DNA from: Alphaproteobacteria bacterium
Lineage (GTDB): Bacteria; Pseudomonadota; Alphaproteobacteria; Bin95
Direction: 5' to 3'
Length of the DNA stretch: 64,000 nt
Assembly (NCBI GenBank): GCA_965205265.1
Contig: CBDBGH010000003.1
Location: 2,368,001-2,432,000, forward strand
The notes under the pieces were generated by a model. That model had not been told where the DNA came from. It saw only the letters and a list, made by a program, of their open reading frames with translations, and searched no databases. Of the stretch, positions 10,396-20,986 are shown piece by piece (within the stretch, counting starts at the first letter, position 1; each line of letters begins with the position of its first letter). Made by a program: the position numbers and the translations under genes.

Positions 10396-10580
10396 CGGAT
10401 CCCCTCTCCAATACCCAGGACAGACGAAGCTTATCCCCCGGGCATGCCGGGTCAATCGCATCGTCCTGCCAACGACGGATCCGACGTCGCCGTTGCCCGG
10501 TCCCTGCCTTCGCACAAGCCCGGTGCGAGGGGCGCGCCGCGACAACCGGGCCGGCTCATGCATGCTTTCCGCCGCCCGGC

Positions 10581-13500
10581 TCAATCGTCATGCATCGTCA
10601 TGGCGAGATGCAGCGCGCGCACCTGCTCCAGCAGGATCCGCCGCTGCAGCTCGATCTCGCGGGTCTGGACGCGCGCCTGCACCCGGCGTTGCTCCTCCTG
10701 CTCGGGTTCGCGGAGAGGACGCCAGCAGCCGCGTCCGGTCAACTTGCCGAGAGAGAGCCGCCGCTCCCCGAGCGGGCCGTCGTCCGAGCGCCGCGTGACC
10801 TCGACCGTGCAGAGGTCGTGCATCCGGTTGCGTCTCGCCTCCCTGCCCATGAGCCGCCCCTCGAAATGCACGACTTGCGGCAGGCTGTCCGGCCGCCGGC
10901 GCGCCGCATCCGTTCCCTCGTCCCGCGCAGGAACGAGCTCCGCCCAGCGCAGGCGGTCGCCCTTGAAGACCTCGCCCTTGCAGTCGAACTCGAAGATCGC
11001 CGTGGGCTCGCCGCACTGCCGGTCGAGCTCCGCCTGCCTGAGACGCTCATGGCCCCAGTCTGCGATATGCACCCCGCAGTTCCTGAGCACCCGGACGGGG
11101 ATCGTTTCCTGCGTTCCTGCGGCCCTGTGCCCCCGCACCGAGGCAAGCCAGCGGACCGTGACCGTGTCCGCCCGGTAGCGCCCGCCGCTCCAGCCGGAGT
11201 CGACCACCACGGCCTCGTTCTCGTCCCCGTCGCGCCAGCGCCGGAGGCGGAGGCGGTCGCCCTCGACCAGCGGCGTCCTGCCCCGCCAGCGGAGGCTGAA
11301 ATCGTGTTCCGCGTCCGGGTCGCGAAGCCGCGCCGCCGCCGCGCGGGTCATCTCCGCGATGCGCTCGCGGTCGGCCTCGGGAACATGCCGGCGCTCGTTC
11401 GCGGTCTCCATGGCCGTCTCGATGCGTTCGAGGTCCCGGGGACGGCTTCGCCAGTGGCCCCGCGCGCGAAGGCTGCGGTCGGCGAGCGCCGAACGGGCCT
11501 CCTCGACGAACCGGCCGTTCGCATCGCGCCAGCCGGAGGCGCCGTCCAGCAGCGACAGGGGCACGCCCTCCTCCTTCGCCTGCTCCTCCAGCCCATGTCT
11601 CCGCCTCTCCAGCTTCTTCAGATCGCGCAGCAGCGCCCGGACCCTGGCCCACTCCGCGGCGCGGGCGGCCTGCTCGTCGACCGTCTCCTGGAGTCGGCGC
11701 CGGGCCGCCGCTTCCAATGCGCGCTCCTTCGCAAGCCGTCCGGCCTCCGCGACAACCCTGCCATGGCCGGGATCGTGGAACGGCAGCACGTCCCGCGCCT
11801 CGGCGGCGGCGCGCGCCTTCACCAGCCGGCTCTTCACCCCGACGAAGCGGTCGAGCGGATCGTGGGCCTCCAGGCGCTCCAGACCGGCCACGATCCTCGC
11901 CCTTGCATTCGGCACGCGGTCGAGATGGATGGCGTAGGTCTTCCGGTCGTCCCGGATCGCCTCGCCGGTCTTCCGGAGCGCGCGCGCTGTCTCCGACAGC
12001 GGGCCGTAGCCCGAGAGCTCGGCCATGGAGAGGTTCGGGTCGTCTTCCTCCCGCCGCCGGCGTTCCGCCTCGCGCCGGAGGCTATGCCACTGCCTGCCGT
12101 GCCGGCGCGCGTCCGCTAGGAACCCGTCCACCGTGCCGCGCGCCTCGCGGCATTCGCGGTCGTAGTTCAGGATGCGGTCCGCCAGCGCGGCGGCGGCCTC
12201 CGGCAGCTCCTTCCGTTCGGAGAATGCCTCGGCCTCTGCAACGAACGCGGCCCAGCCCTCCAGGTAGAACGGCGGAACGCCTTCGTCTTTGGCTTGCTTC
12301 AGAACCTCCAGGCGCGCCGCCGCCAGGGACGCCCAGGCTTCGTCCCGCTCCCTGAATGCCGCCAGTTCCTCGACGGCGCCCGCGATGGCGTCGTTTTCCT
12401 CCGTGAGCCGGTCGAGATGGGGGCGCCAGGCGCCGGCCTGCATGGCCTTCCAGCGTTCGCCCGCCGCCTGCGAGCGCTCCGCCCAGAACGGCCATTCCTC
12501 CAGCACGGTCGGCGGCTCGCCGCCGGCGCGCGCCTCCAGCTCGCCATGCTCTTCGACCAGCCCGGCCGTCTGCTCGCGGAAGGCGGAGATATCGGCCAGT
12601 CGCTGCTCGCAGGCTACGGCTGCGGCAATGACCTCCTCGACCGACGCCCGTATGCCGGTCGGCAGCAGGCGGTATTCCGAGAGCGCATGCGCGACCTTGA
12701 CAAGCTCGCCATGGCCGTCGGCGTGGAACGGAATCGTGCCGGCCGCTTCCGCCCGGCGGTTCACCTCCGCGCGGACCGGCTCGAAGTTCAGGACGGCATC
12801 GTCGAGGTGGAGCAGCGCGTCGAGGTCCTCCAGGCGCCCACCGATCCGCTGCCCCGCCTCGCCCGCGCGTGCGCCCGCGTCTTCGAGCAGCGCCCTGCCG
12901 TTCGCGGTGAGCCGCCCGGTCCTCTCCCGCCAGGCCGGGTAGTCCTCCAGCTCGGCAAGCGGCCGATCCGTCGCCGCCGCCTCGCGCTCCAGCTCCGTCC
13001 GCCGTCCGGAATGGAGGTCCAGAAGGCCCAGGAACTCGGCCGCGCCGCCGTCGCCCTCGCGGCAGTTGCGGTCATAGGCAAGCAGCCCGTCCGCGACCTC
13101 CCGGATGGAAGCGGGAAGGTCCGGATGTTCTGCAACCAGCACCCGCGTCCGTTCGATCAGGCCGCCGTAGCCTTCCACCCGGAACAGGATCGTGCCTTCG
13201 CTTCGCGCCTTCTCTTCCAGCGCGGTCCACTCCTCGCGCGGCGACCAGGCCGGCAGCAGCCCGGGGATCGACAGGTCCTCCGCATCCGGGCCGATCTCCT
13301 CGCCCACCGCCTCCAGCGCCGTCGCCCGCTCGCCGGTATGCGCTTCCAGCACCTCCACCAGCTGCTCGCAATTATCGGTCAGCACCACCGCACTGTCCCG
13401 CGCCCGGCTGATCTCCACATAGAAGGTCGACTGGTCGGTCAATGCCCCGTGGCCCGAGTCCAGCACCGCGATCACGCCGTCCGCCGTGCTGCCCTGCGCG

Positions 13501-16064
13501 CCATGCACCGTCGAGCTCCAGGCATGGTCGAGATGCCGCAACTGCGGATCGCTGTGCCTGAGCGAGAGCTTCCGCCCGTCGTCCAGGGCGAACCGCACGC
13601 GATCCTTGGTTATCGCCATCACCTCCGCCTGTTCGCCGTTGACGAGCTCCCGCTTCCTGTCGTTGCGGGTCCAGCGGATGCGGTCGCCCGCCCTGATCCC
13701 GATCGGCCGCGTCTCGTACACCTCGATGCGGTAGCGGGTGCGGCCCCGCTCCGGCACGACATGGCGCGGCCTGCCGTCCGGGTGCAGAAGCAGCAGCCGG
13801 TCGCGGTCGATGCCGGTGACCGTCAGTATCTCGTCCTTCCTTACCCGGAAGTTCACCATGTCCTGGTTGAACAGCACGGTGTCGCCTTCGCGGTAGTTGC
13901 GCACGTCCGCCATCTCGGCGCGCGTCATGCCGAGCCCAACCAGGCGCTCGATGCGCAGCGTCCTTCCCCGGAGCGCGCCCTCCGCCGCCAGCGCCTCGCG
14001 CACAGCCGCGTTGATCTCCGCCCTGAGCTCGTGCGTCGGCGCCACCAGCAGGGTCTGCGTCCGCGTATCCGGGTCGAGCGAGAGCCAGGCCTCCGCCGCC
14101 TTCGCTCCCAGTTCGTCCCAGGGGACCTCATGCACGCTGCTACCGAGCAGTTCCATCGCCTCGCCCGGTTCTCCTTCCAGTACCGCATTCACGGCCCCCC
14201 GCAGCTTCGGCTCCCGCTGGCGGAGGATCTCGTTCATCTCCGCCGTCGCCATGCCCGCCTTCTGGAGCAGCCGGAAGGGCTGGCCCGCCTCCACCGCGCG
14301 CAGCTGGCCCCGGTCGCCCACCAGCACGAGGCGCGCGACTTCGAGTTCGTCGGCAATCCGCATAAGGCGCTTCATCTGGTCGGTCGAGACCATCGACGCC
14401 TCGTCCAGAACCAGCACCGCACCCCGGTACTGCTCCTTTAGCCGCTCGATCGCGGGACGGCTGCCTTGCCCGATTCCCGGCCTGTCCCCGCCACCGAGCG
14501 GGGAGTCGGTCTCCACGGACCGGCAGCGGGCGAGGAACCATTGCAGGGTCTCCGTCGCCATGCCCGTCTCGCGCCCCAGCACCCGCGCCGCGGCGGTCGA
14601 GGGCGCCAGGCCCATGACGAGCCGCTTGCCAGCGAGTTCGCGCACATGGCGCAGCATGGTCGTCTTGCCGGTCCCGGCGCGGCCCTGCACGCCGACGACC
14701 CTGTCCGGCGTCAGCAGGATCGTGCGTACCGCCTCCTCCTGCCCCTCCGTGAGGCCGGCGCCCGCCAGATGCGCCGCAACCGCCTTCCCGGCGGCAAGCG
14801 CCGTGCTCTCACGCAAGCCGGCCTTCATCATGGCGATCACCGCGCGTTCCGCCTTCAACGCCCGGTCGGTCACGAACGACCGGTCCGAATTGCGAAGCCG
14901 GGCCTCGACCAGATGCGCGTCCTTCACCAGGCACGAGATCGCCTCGCGCACCTCCTCCAGCGTGTGCCGCCCCGGCGAGTGGCCGAGCGCGAGGGCTTCC
15001 AGATGATGCGCGGCGAACACCGACTGCCGCTCCTCAAGATGCCGCATCGTCCGCCATGCAATCTTCAGCGCCGAGGGAACCGCCGGCAGCGAAACCCGGC
15101 CCCGCGAGCGGCGCACGACCGGAACCTCCCCGAGCTCCTCGGCCCGCGCCGCCCAGATCGTCCGCAGCATCGCGTGTAGCGGCTCCGCCTTGCGCTTCCG
15201 CGTCGCCAGCGCCGCAATATCTGCCGTCGCCTGGCTATGGTCCCAGCCCTGCTCGTCCATATACGCTTTCATCTCCTCGCTGCGGGACGAGAAGGCTGTC
15301 TGGATGCGCCGGTCGTAGCCCGCAATCTCGAAGCTCCGCATGCGCCCCGCCATCGCCGGCAGGACCGAATAGCCCTTCGCGATCAGCCGCCGCGCCAGCT
15401 GGTCACGGTAGTAGGCCCCGAACAATATGGCGTTCCGGTGCAGCTCGGTCGGCTCGACGCTCTTCCACCGGCCCTCGCCGTCGCGCGTCATGTTGGCGAC
15501 CACCGCGTGCGTGTGCAGCTGCGGGTCGAGGTTCCGGCTCGCGATGTGCCGGAACAGCGCCGCCGCCATGCCGTGCCCCTTCACGCGCGGACGCCTGCCG
15601 GTCGCGGGATCGTAGCCCCGCGTCTGGAGCTTCGTCTCCTCGATCCAGTCGAGCGTCGCCTTCACCGCTTCGTCATGGCAGCGCAGCACGCCCCGGTCGC
15701 CGCGCGGATGCTTCCGCGTCGGTAGCAGCGCCGCCAGCGACACCGATTTCGGCGCGGAGAAGGTGATGTCGAAACCCGGACGGTGCTCGTGCTTGCCGTC
15801 GCGCTTTCGGCCGAGGCGGATGTTCGTGCCCAACACATGGCCTCGAAGGATCGTCTCGAACGTGGTCGCCGAGACCTTCTGCCCCTCCTTCAGCCCGAGC
15901 GCCGCCAGGGCCTGCCCGTGCCAGGCGCTCGCAAGCCGGTGCTCCGCCGCCTTCGCGCGCGCCGCCTCCCGGTCGCCGCCTGTCGCCGCGTAGTAGCCGC
16001 CCTCCTCGTGGAAATACTCCGCTGTGGAGGACGACGACGTCAGATTGCGGACCTTCGCGACCAT
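10581..16064 (-). CDS. MOB_F (TrwC/TraI-like) conjugative relaxase-helicase with long C-terminal extension
   Basis: N-terminal Tyr (EYF..GGYY), DITFSAPKSVS, H...DPQLHTHAVVAN, Walker A GRAGTGKT, DEASM, TVHGAQG, YVEISRAR. Confidence 0.9.
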   Translation of the reverse strand: MVAKVRNLTSSSSTAEYFHEEGGYYAATGGDREAARAKAAEHRLASAWHGQALAALGLKEGQKVSATTFETILRGHVLGTNIRLGRKRDGKHEHRPGFDITFSAPKSVSLAALLPTRKHPRGDRGVLRCHDEAVKATLDWIEETKLQTRGYDPATGRRPRVKGHGMAAALFRHIASRNLDPQLHTHAVVANMTRDGEGRWKSVEPTELHRNAILFGAYYRDQLARRLIAKGYSVLPAMAGRMRSFEIAGYDRRIQTAFSSRSEEMKAYMDEQGWDHSQATADIAALATRKRKAEPLHAMLRTIWAARAEELGEVPVVRRSRGRVSLPAVPSALKIAWRTMRHLEERQSVFAAHHLEALALGHSPGRHTLEEVREAISCLVKDAHLVEARLRNSDRSFVTDRALKAERAVIAMMKAGLRESTALAAGKAVAAHLAGAGLTEGQEEAVRTILLTPDRVVGVQGRAGTGKTTMLRHVRELAGKRLVMGLAPSTAAARVLGRETGMATETLQWFLARCRSVETDSPLGGGDRPGIGQGSRPAIERLKEQYRGAVLVLDEASMVSTDQMKRLMRIADELEVARLVLVGDRGQLRAVEAGQPFRLLQKAGMATAEMNEILRQREPKLRGAVNAVLEGEPGEAMELLGSSVHEVPWDELGAKAAEAWLSLDPDTRTQTLLVAPTHELRAEINAAVREALAAEGALRGRTLRIERLVGLGMTRAEMADVRNYREGDTVLFNQDMVNFRVRKDEILTVTGIDRDRLLLLHPDGRPRHVVPERGRTRYRIEVYETRPIGIRAGDRIRWTRNDRKRELVNGEQAEVMAITKDRVRFALDDGRKLSLRHSDPQLRHLDHAWSSTVHGAQGSTADGVIAVLDSGHGALTDQSTFYVEISRARDSAVVLTDNCEQLVEVLEAHTGERATALEAVGEEIGPDAEDLSIPGLLPAWSPREEWTALEEKARSEGTILFRVEGYGGLIERTRVLVAEHPDLPASIREVADGLLAYDRNCREGDGGAAEFLGLLDLHSGRRTELEREAAATDRPLAELEDYPAWRERTGRLTANGRALLEDAGARAGEAGQRIGGRLEDLDALLHLDDAVLNFEPVRAEVNRRAEAAGTIPFHADGHGELVKVAHALSEYRLLPTGIRASVEEVIAAAVACEQRLADISAFREQTAGLVEEHGELEARAGGEPPTVLEEWPFWAERSQAAGERWKAMQAGAWRPHLDRLTEENDAIAGAVEELAAFRERDEAWASLAAARLEVLKQAKDEGVPPFYLEGWAAFVAEAEAFSERKELPEAAAALADRILNYDRECREARGTVDGFLADARRHGRQWHSLRREAERRRREEDDPNLSMAELSGYGPLSETARALRKTGEAIRDDRKTYAIHLDRVPNARARIVAGLERLEAHDPLDRFVGVKSRLVKARAAAEARDVLPFHDPGHGRVVAEAGRLAKERALEAAARRRLQETVDEQAARAAEWARVRALLRDLKKLERRRHGLEEQAKEEGVPLSLLDGASGWRDANGRFVEEARSALADRSLRARGHWRSRPRDLERIETAMETANERRHVPEADRERIAEMTRAAAARLRDPDAEHDFSLRWRGRTPLVEGDRLRLRRWRDGDENEAVVVDSGWSGGRYRADTVTVRWLASVRGHRAAGTQETIPVRVLRNCGVHIADWGHERLRQAELDRQCGEPTAIFEFDCKGEVFKGDRLRWAELVPARDEGTDAARRRPDSLPQVVHFEGRLMGREARRNRMHDLCTVEVTRRSDDGPLGERRLSLGKLTGRGCWRPLREPEQEEQRRVQARVQTREIELQRRILLEQVRALHLAMTMHDD

Positions 16065-16280
16065 GGGCCGGGATCATAGGGGGATTTCCCGCGGCCGGAG
16101 ACGATGCAGACGGGTAGTGGGCCGATTACGACTTCGTGAACGGCCCGTTGTGGATAGCAGGGCGTCTGGCGGTGAATTCCGGTTGATGGCGAAATCCTCG
16201 CTCTCCAGAATCGGCCCTGCGAGGCGCAAGTCTGTCTCGCCTGTTTTTCATGGTCCTGTCCGAATTCCGGAGACAACCCG

Positions 16281-17402
16281 ATGTCGAGGCGTGCCGTCAC
16301 CGAGGCCCGGGTCAGGGCGCTCAGGCCCCGCAAGCGACCGTGCGATATCCGTGACTCGAGACTCACGGGCTTTGGCGTTCGGGTTCTGCCGTCGGGCCGG
16401 AAACGATACTTCATCCAGTGTCAGCATCGCGGAGACCGGATCTGGAAGATCATCGGCGGTCCGGAGACGATGACGGCCGGCGAGGCGCGTTTCCGCGCCG
16501 ACGAAATGCTCGCCTCGGTCCGCAGAGGCGAGGGCCTGCCGTTCAGGCCCGAGGAGACCGTCTTCGAGGCGGTCGCGGAAACCGTGTTCGAGCGCTATTC
16601 GCGGGTCTGGAAGCCGGGAACCCTCGATGTGAACCGGGCCTATCTGAGAAAGCAGCTCCTGTCGCATTTCGCGGGGCGCCAGATCGCCGACATCGACCGG
16701 AAGGACGTCCGAAACTGGTTTGCATTGCTCCACGCAACCCCGGTCGCGGCGGACAGGTCGATGCCGGTGCTTTCCGTGATAATGACGGAAGCGGAGCGGA
16801 TGGGCTTTCGTCCGGAGGGCTCCAACCCGTGCAGGGGAATCCGGCGCTACCGCAGGAAAGGCAGGGAGCGCTTCCTTAGCGACGAAGAGATCCTCCGTCT
16901 TTCGGCAAGGCTGGCGGCTCACGCCAACAAGCGGCCGATGGAGGTTGCCGCCGTCCGGCTTCTTCTCCTCACCGGCTGCCGCAAGAACGAAATCGTGACC
17001 CTGCGCTGGTCGGACTACCGCGACGGCCACCTGTTCCTGCGCGACAGCAAGACGGGGCCCAGAACGGTCTGGTTGTCGCAACCGGCGCGGGCCGTCCTCG
17101 ATACTCTCGGGCGGACGCGAAGCTGGGTTTTTCCGTCGCCTCGAAAGAACCGGCATCAGGGGGAGGGCTGGTTGTTGTATTTCTGGCATCGGGTCCGCGC
17201 CGAGGCCGGCCTGGACGAAGTGCGGCTTCACGACCTGCGCCATACCCATGCCAGCTTTGCCCTCAGGCAGGGAGAAACCGTTCTGACCATAAGCAGGCTA
17301 CTCGGACACCGCAGCGCCGTAACCACCATGAAATACACGCATCCGGCCGATGCGATGATCCGCGAAGCCGCCGAGACGGTCGGCGCCGTGCTGGAGGCTT
17401 GA
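16281..17402 (+). CDS. Tyrosine recombinase with arm-binding N-domain (pair A, gene 1)
   Basis: GFGVRVLPSGRK, LTGCRKNE, HDLRH, LLGH, TMKY. Confidence 0.9.
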   Translation: MSRRAVTEARVRALRPRKRPCDIRDSRLTGFGVRVLPSGRKRYFIQCQHRGDRIWKIIGGPETMTAGEARFRADEMLASVRRGEGLPFRPEETVFEAVAETVFERYSRVWKPGTLDVNRAYLRKQLLSHFAGRQIADIDRKDVRNWFALLHATPVAADRSMPVLSVIMTEAERMGFRPEGSNPCRGIRRYRRKGRERFLSDEEILRLSARLAAHANKRPMEVAAVRLLLLTGCRKNEIVTLRWSDYRDGHLFLRDSKTGPRTVWLSQPARAVLDTLGRTRSWVFPSPRKNRHQGEGWLLYFWHRVRAEAGLDEVRLHDLRHTHASFALRQGETVLTISRLLGHRSAVTTMKYTHPADAMIREAAETVGAVLEA

Positions 17403-17405
17403 CCC

Positions 17406-18671
17406 TTGGCCGGCCGGAAACGCAAGCGGACCCGACTGACCGACAGCGGCATCGCCCGCCTGCGGCCCCGCGAGAGGGAATACACAGTCTGGGACAGCCG
17501 CTTGGAAGGACTTGGGGTAAGGGTCCGGCCTACGGGCGGGCGCAGCTACATCCTGTTCAGGAAGACGAGGGGCCTCTGGCGGCGCGTCTCGCTCGGGCCG
17601 GTCTCGGCCAGGAGCGTCGACGATGTGCGCCGCGAATACCGCATGGAAGGGCAGGAGACGGGGTCGCGCAAGAAAACGGCCGCGCCCAAGGTTCCGCTGT
17701 TCCGGGACTTTGTCTCGGGCGCGTGGAAGGAAGTCCATTTCGACAATTACAAGCCGTCGACCCGAAGACGCGCGCGAATCACGCTCGAACGGCATCTCGG
17801 GCCAGTTTTTGGATCGAAACGGCTCGACCGGATCACTCCGACCGCCGTGAGGCGCTGGTTCGACAGATACAGCAGAAAGGCGCCGGGCGGAGCCAATCAC
17901 GTTCTGGGCACTCTTCGGCAAATCATGAATTTCGCCATTGCATGCGGCCATGTCGAAGCCAACCCAACGCGGCATATCAGGCTCAATCGCCGCCCCCGAC
18001 TCACGCGGTTCCTGTCCCGGGAGGAGATCGGCCGCCTCCACAAGGCCCTGGACGAAAACGACCGCAAGTGCGGCGGCCCGCAGGCGGATATCATCCGGCT
18101 GCTGCTTCTGACCGGATGCCGCAAAAGCGAGATCGTCCAACTGCGCTGGTCGGAAATCGACGATGACATGCTGGTTCTGGCCGATAGCAAGACGGGGCCG
18201 CGAAAGGTTCCTCTCAACCGGCCGGCCCGGCTGATCCTGGAACGGCAGCCCTGGGATGGGAGCGGTTTCGTGTTTCCCTCTCCAGAGGACCCCGGCCGTC
18301 CGCGCGGCTCCGAACTCGGTCTTTGGTACCGGATCAGGCGCGAAGCTGGGATCGTGGATGTCCGTCTTCACGACCTGCGTCACACTTATGCGAGCCATGC
18401 GGTGATGAACGGCGTGCCGGTGCCGGTGGTCTCCCGCCTGCTCGGCCATTCCAATGTCAGCATGACGCTGCGCTATGCCCACCTCGCAGACCGCGAAGTG
18501 GAGGCTGCGGCGGAGCGGGTCGGACAAGCTCTCGGGACCGTCATGGGCCTCGATTGCCTGGGACCTTCCGGCCTGTCGGCTAACGACGTGCCTTGCGACG
18601 AAAGCACCGCCGCACTTCCCTCCGGCGAGACGGGATCGGCAGAGTTATCTGGCGGTCAACCGTCGCTATAG
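17406..18671 (+). CDS. Tyrosine recombinase (pair A, gene 2)
   Basis: VWDSRLEGLGVRV, LTGCRKSE, HDLRH, LLGHS, TLRYAH; TTG start 3 nt after gene 1 stop. Confidence 0.9.
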   Translation: MAGRKRKRTRLTDSGIARLRPREREYTVWDSRLEGLGVRVRPTGGRSYILFRKTRGLWRRVSLGPVSARSVDDVRREYRMEGQETGSRKKTAAPKVPLFRDFVSGAWKEVHFDNYKPSTRRRARITLERHLGPVFGSKRLDRITPTAVRRWFDRYSRKAPGGANHVLGTLRQIMNFAIACGHVEANPTRHIRLNRRPRLTRFLSREEIGRLHKALDENDRKCGGPQADIIRLLLLTGCRKSEIVQLRWSEIDDDMLVLADSKTGPRKVPLNRPARLILERQPWDGSGFVFPSPEDPGRPRGSELGLWYRIRREAGIVDVRLHDLRHTYASHAVMNGVPVPVVSRLLGHSNVSMTLRYAHLADREVEAAAERVGQALGTVMGLDCLGPSGLSANDVPCDESTAALPSGETGSAELSGGQPSL

Positions 18672-19092
18672 CCGGAGCCGGACTTCATCGCATGTCCGCA
18701 CCTCGATCCCGGTCTCGCGTGACTACAGGCTTCGATGGGCGGCCGAATTTCGCCGCGCCGGATCGGCCGCCAACCGCCGCCAACGGCGCCGGTTCCCGAG
18801 CAGCCAGAGAAGCTTCCTGAAGGACCGGCCTCGACAAGGAGCCTCGCGGCCAGGCGGTGCAGGACAGGATCAGCCGGGCGAGTTGGGATAAAGTTGGTCG
18901 GGTTGCCCGGGTATCGGGAATCCCGGGTATTCGCCGGTATGGTCGCGGCGTGAGTGCCCATTCTTGTTGGGGTTGGTGAGAACGCCGTGCGCGGCGCTCT
19001 TGACGGAGCGGCGGACCTCCGTCTCGTGCCAGCGAATGTTGAACGCTGCGTAAGGGAAGCGGCGTAAGCGGTGCGCGAAGGGCACCCGGCTT

Positions 19093-20734
19093 TCAGCTTG
19101 ACGGCGGGATGAAGTTCCAGGGAAGTAGGTCGTCGATGCGGCTGTTGGGGTGGCCCCCCGCCTTCGCAGGGGCAGGCTCCGGCGATTTTCTCCAGCGTGT
19201 CCTTGAGCCAGGCGTAGGGCTCAACGCCGTTCATCTTGCAGGTCTCGATGAGGCTGGCGATGCGGCCCCATGCGCGCGCGCCCTCGTCGTGGCCGGCGAA
19301 CAGTGCGTTTTTCGCGGTGAGCTTGATCGGCCGGATGCGATTTTCGACGAAGTTGCTGTCCATCTCGACGCGCCCGTCGCGCAGGAAGACCAGCAGCCCG
19401 TCCCACTGGTTGGCGATATAGGACAGCTTCTCGCCGAGCCGGGACTTGAGCGAGACGAGCGAGCGCTGCTCGGCGAGCCACAGGCCGAAGGCATTCACCA
19501 GCGGCGCGGTCTCGGTCCAGCGGACGAACTGGCGCGTCGCCGGCGGCTTACCCCGGATCTTCTTCTCGATGGCATAGAGCTGCGCGATGCGGTCCAGTCC
19601 GGCCTTCGCGATCGGCGAGCCATTGCTGTCGAACACCGTCTCGAGGCCCCGCCTGGCATGGACCCAACAGGCAGCCCGCGTCAGCGCCCCGCCCGCCCGG
19701 TTCGGCCGAGCCAGTCGGTTGTGGCCGGAGTAGCCGTCGATCTGCACCGTTCCCCTGAAGCCCTCGAGAAGCCTCTCGCCATGCTTGCCGCTACGCCCGG
19801 GCGCATACTCATACGCCACGCCCGGCGGGTCCGCCCCGGACCAGGCCCGCTGGTCGCGCGCCATCGTCCACAGATAGCCGGTCTTCGTCTTGCCCCGGCC
19901 CGGGTCGAGAACCCGAACCGTGGTCTCGTCCAGACCCAGATTGTTCGACGTCTTCAGCGCCGCCTTCAGGCGGTCATACACGGGCCCGAGGTGGAACGCC
20001 GCCTTGCCGACCCAGCCGGCTAGGATCGAGCGGTCCAGCTCCAGCCCCGAGCGGGCGTAGATCCGGCTCTGACGATAGAGCGGGGTGTGGTCAGCGTATT
20101 TCGAGATCAGAACATGGGCGATGGCGCCTTCAGTCGGCAGCGCGCCCTCGATCAGCCGGGCCGGCGCCGGCGCCTGGGTGACGCCTCCCTCGCAGGTCCG
20201 GCAGGCGTATTTCGGGCGCACGGTGACGATCACCCGCAACTGCGCCGGCACGATGTCGAGCCTCTCGGCGCGATCTTCCCCGATCCGCACCATCTCCCCG
20301 CAGCCGCAGGGGCAGAGCGTGCTCTCCGGCTCGATCACCTGCTCGATCCGGGGCAGGTGTTCCGGCAAATGGCCGAGATTGCGCGCCGGACGAGGCCGCT
20401 TCGCCGAGCGCGCCGGCGACGGGTCTTCCGGCGGCGCCGCGGCCTCCACCTCCGCAGACGCGCCCTCAAGCTCCTCGAACGCCAGCTGGCGTTCGTCCGC
20501 CGACAGCTTCTCCGACCTCTTGCCATACAGAAGCCGGATCAGTTCCAGGTTCAGATGTTCCAGACGGCGGATGCGTTCGGCCTGCGCCTCGTTCTCACCC
20601 GCCAGACAGGCCTTCTCTTCCGCCAGCGTCTCGTTCTCGGCACGCAGCGTCTCCAGCGCCGCAAGCGCCTGCCTCGCGGCCGCCGCCTGTTCGGGCGTCA
20701 GCGTGTCGAGGTCCATCTCCGCAAGCGCAGCCAT
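19093..20734 (-). pseudogene. tnpC: IS66 transposase TnpC, frameshifted near the C-terminus
   Basis: CPCGCG, KYACRTC, LDET, DGYSG, ACWVHARR, ETCKMNGVEP; the canonical HPNSRIDDLLPW tail is out of frame after a ~22-bp insertion within 19153-19180. Confidence 0.8.
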
Positions 20735-20986
20735 GGCTCACCCGATAGCACAGTGTCGCGGAGCCGCAGGCCGCGATCCGTGCGGTGAGTCATTCCGCCT
20801 CGGCCGGCGCCCTGACCGACAGCGCCCGCACGCGACGCCAGTCCAGGCCCGCGAACAAGGCCTCGAACTGCGCATGGTTCAACGTCATCGCCCCGTCCCG
20901 GATCGCCGGCCACACAAAGCCTTGCTCCTCCAGGCGCTTGTAGACCATGACCAGGCCGGTCCCGTCCCAGTAGATCAGCTTCAGCC

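Noticed and set aside
16281-18671. Integron or RIT element
   Set aside because: No IntI-specific insertion or attC array was recognised, and there are only two recombinases per module
18656-19092. C-terminal extension of the 692-aa TnpC ORF
   Set aside because: Read-through caused by the frameshifting micro-insertion; it runs past the IS66 end
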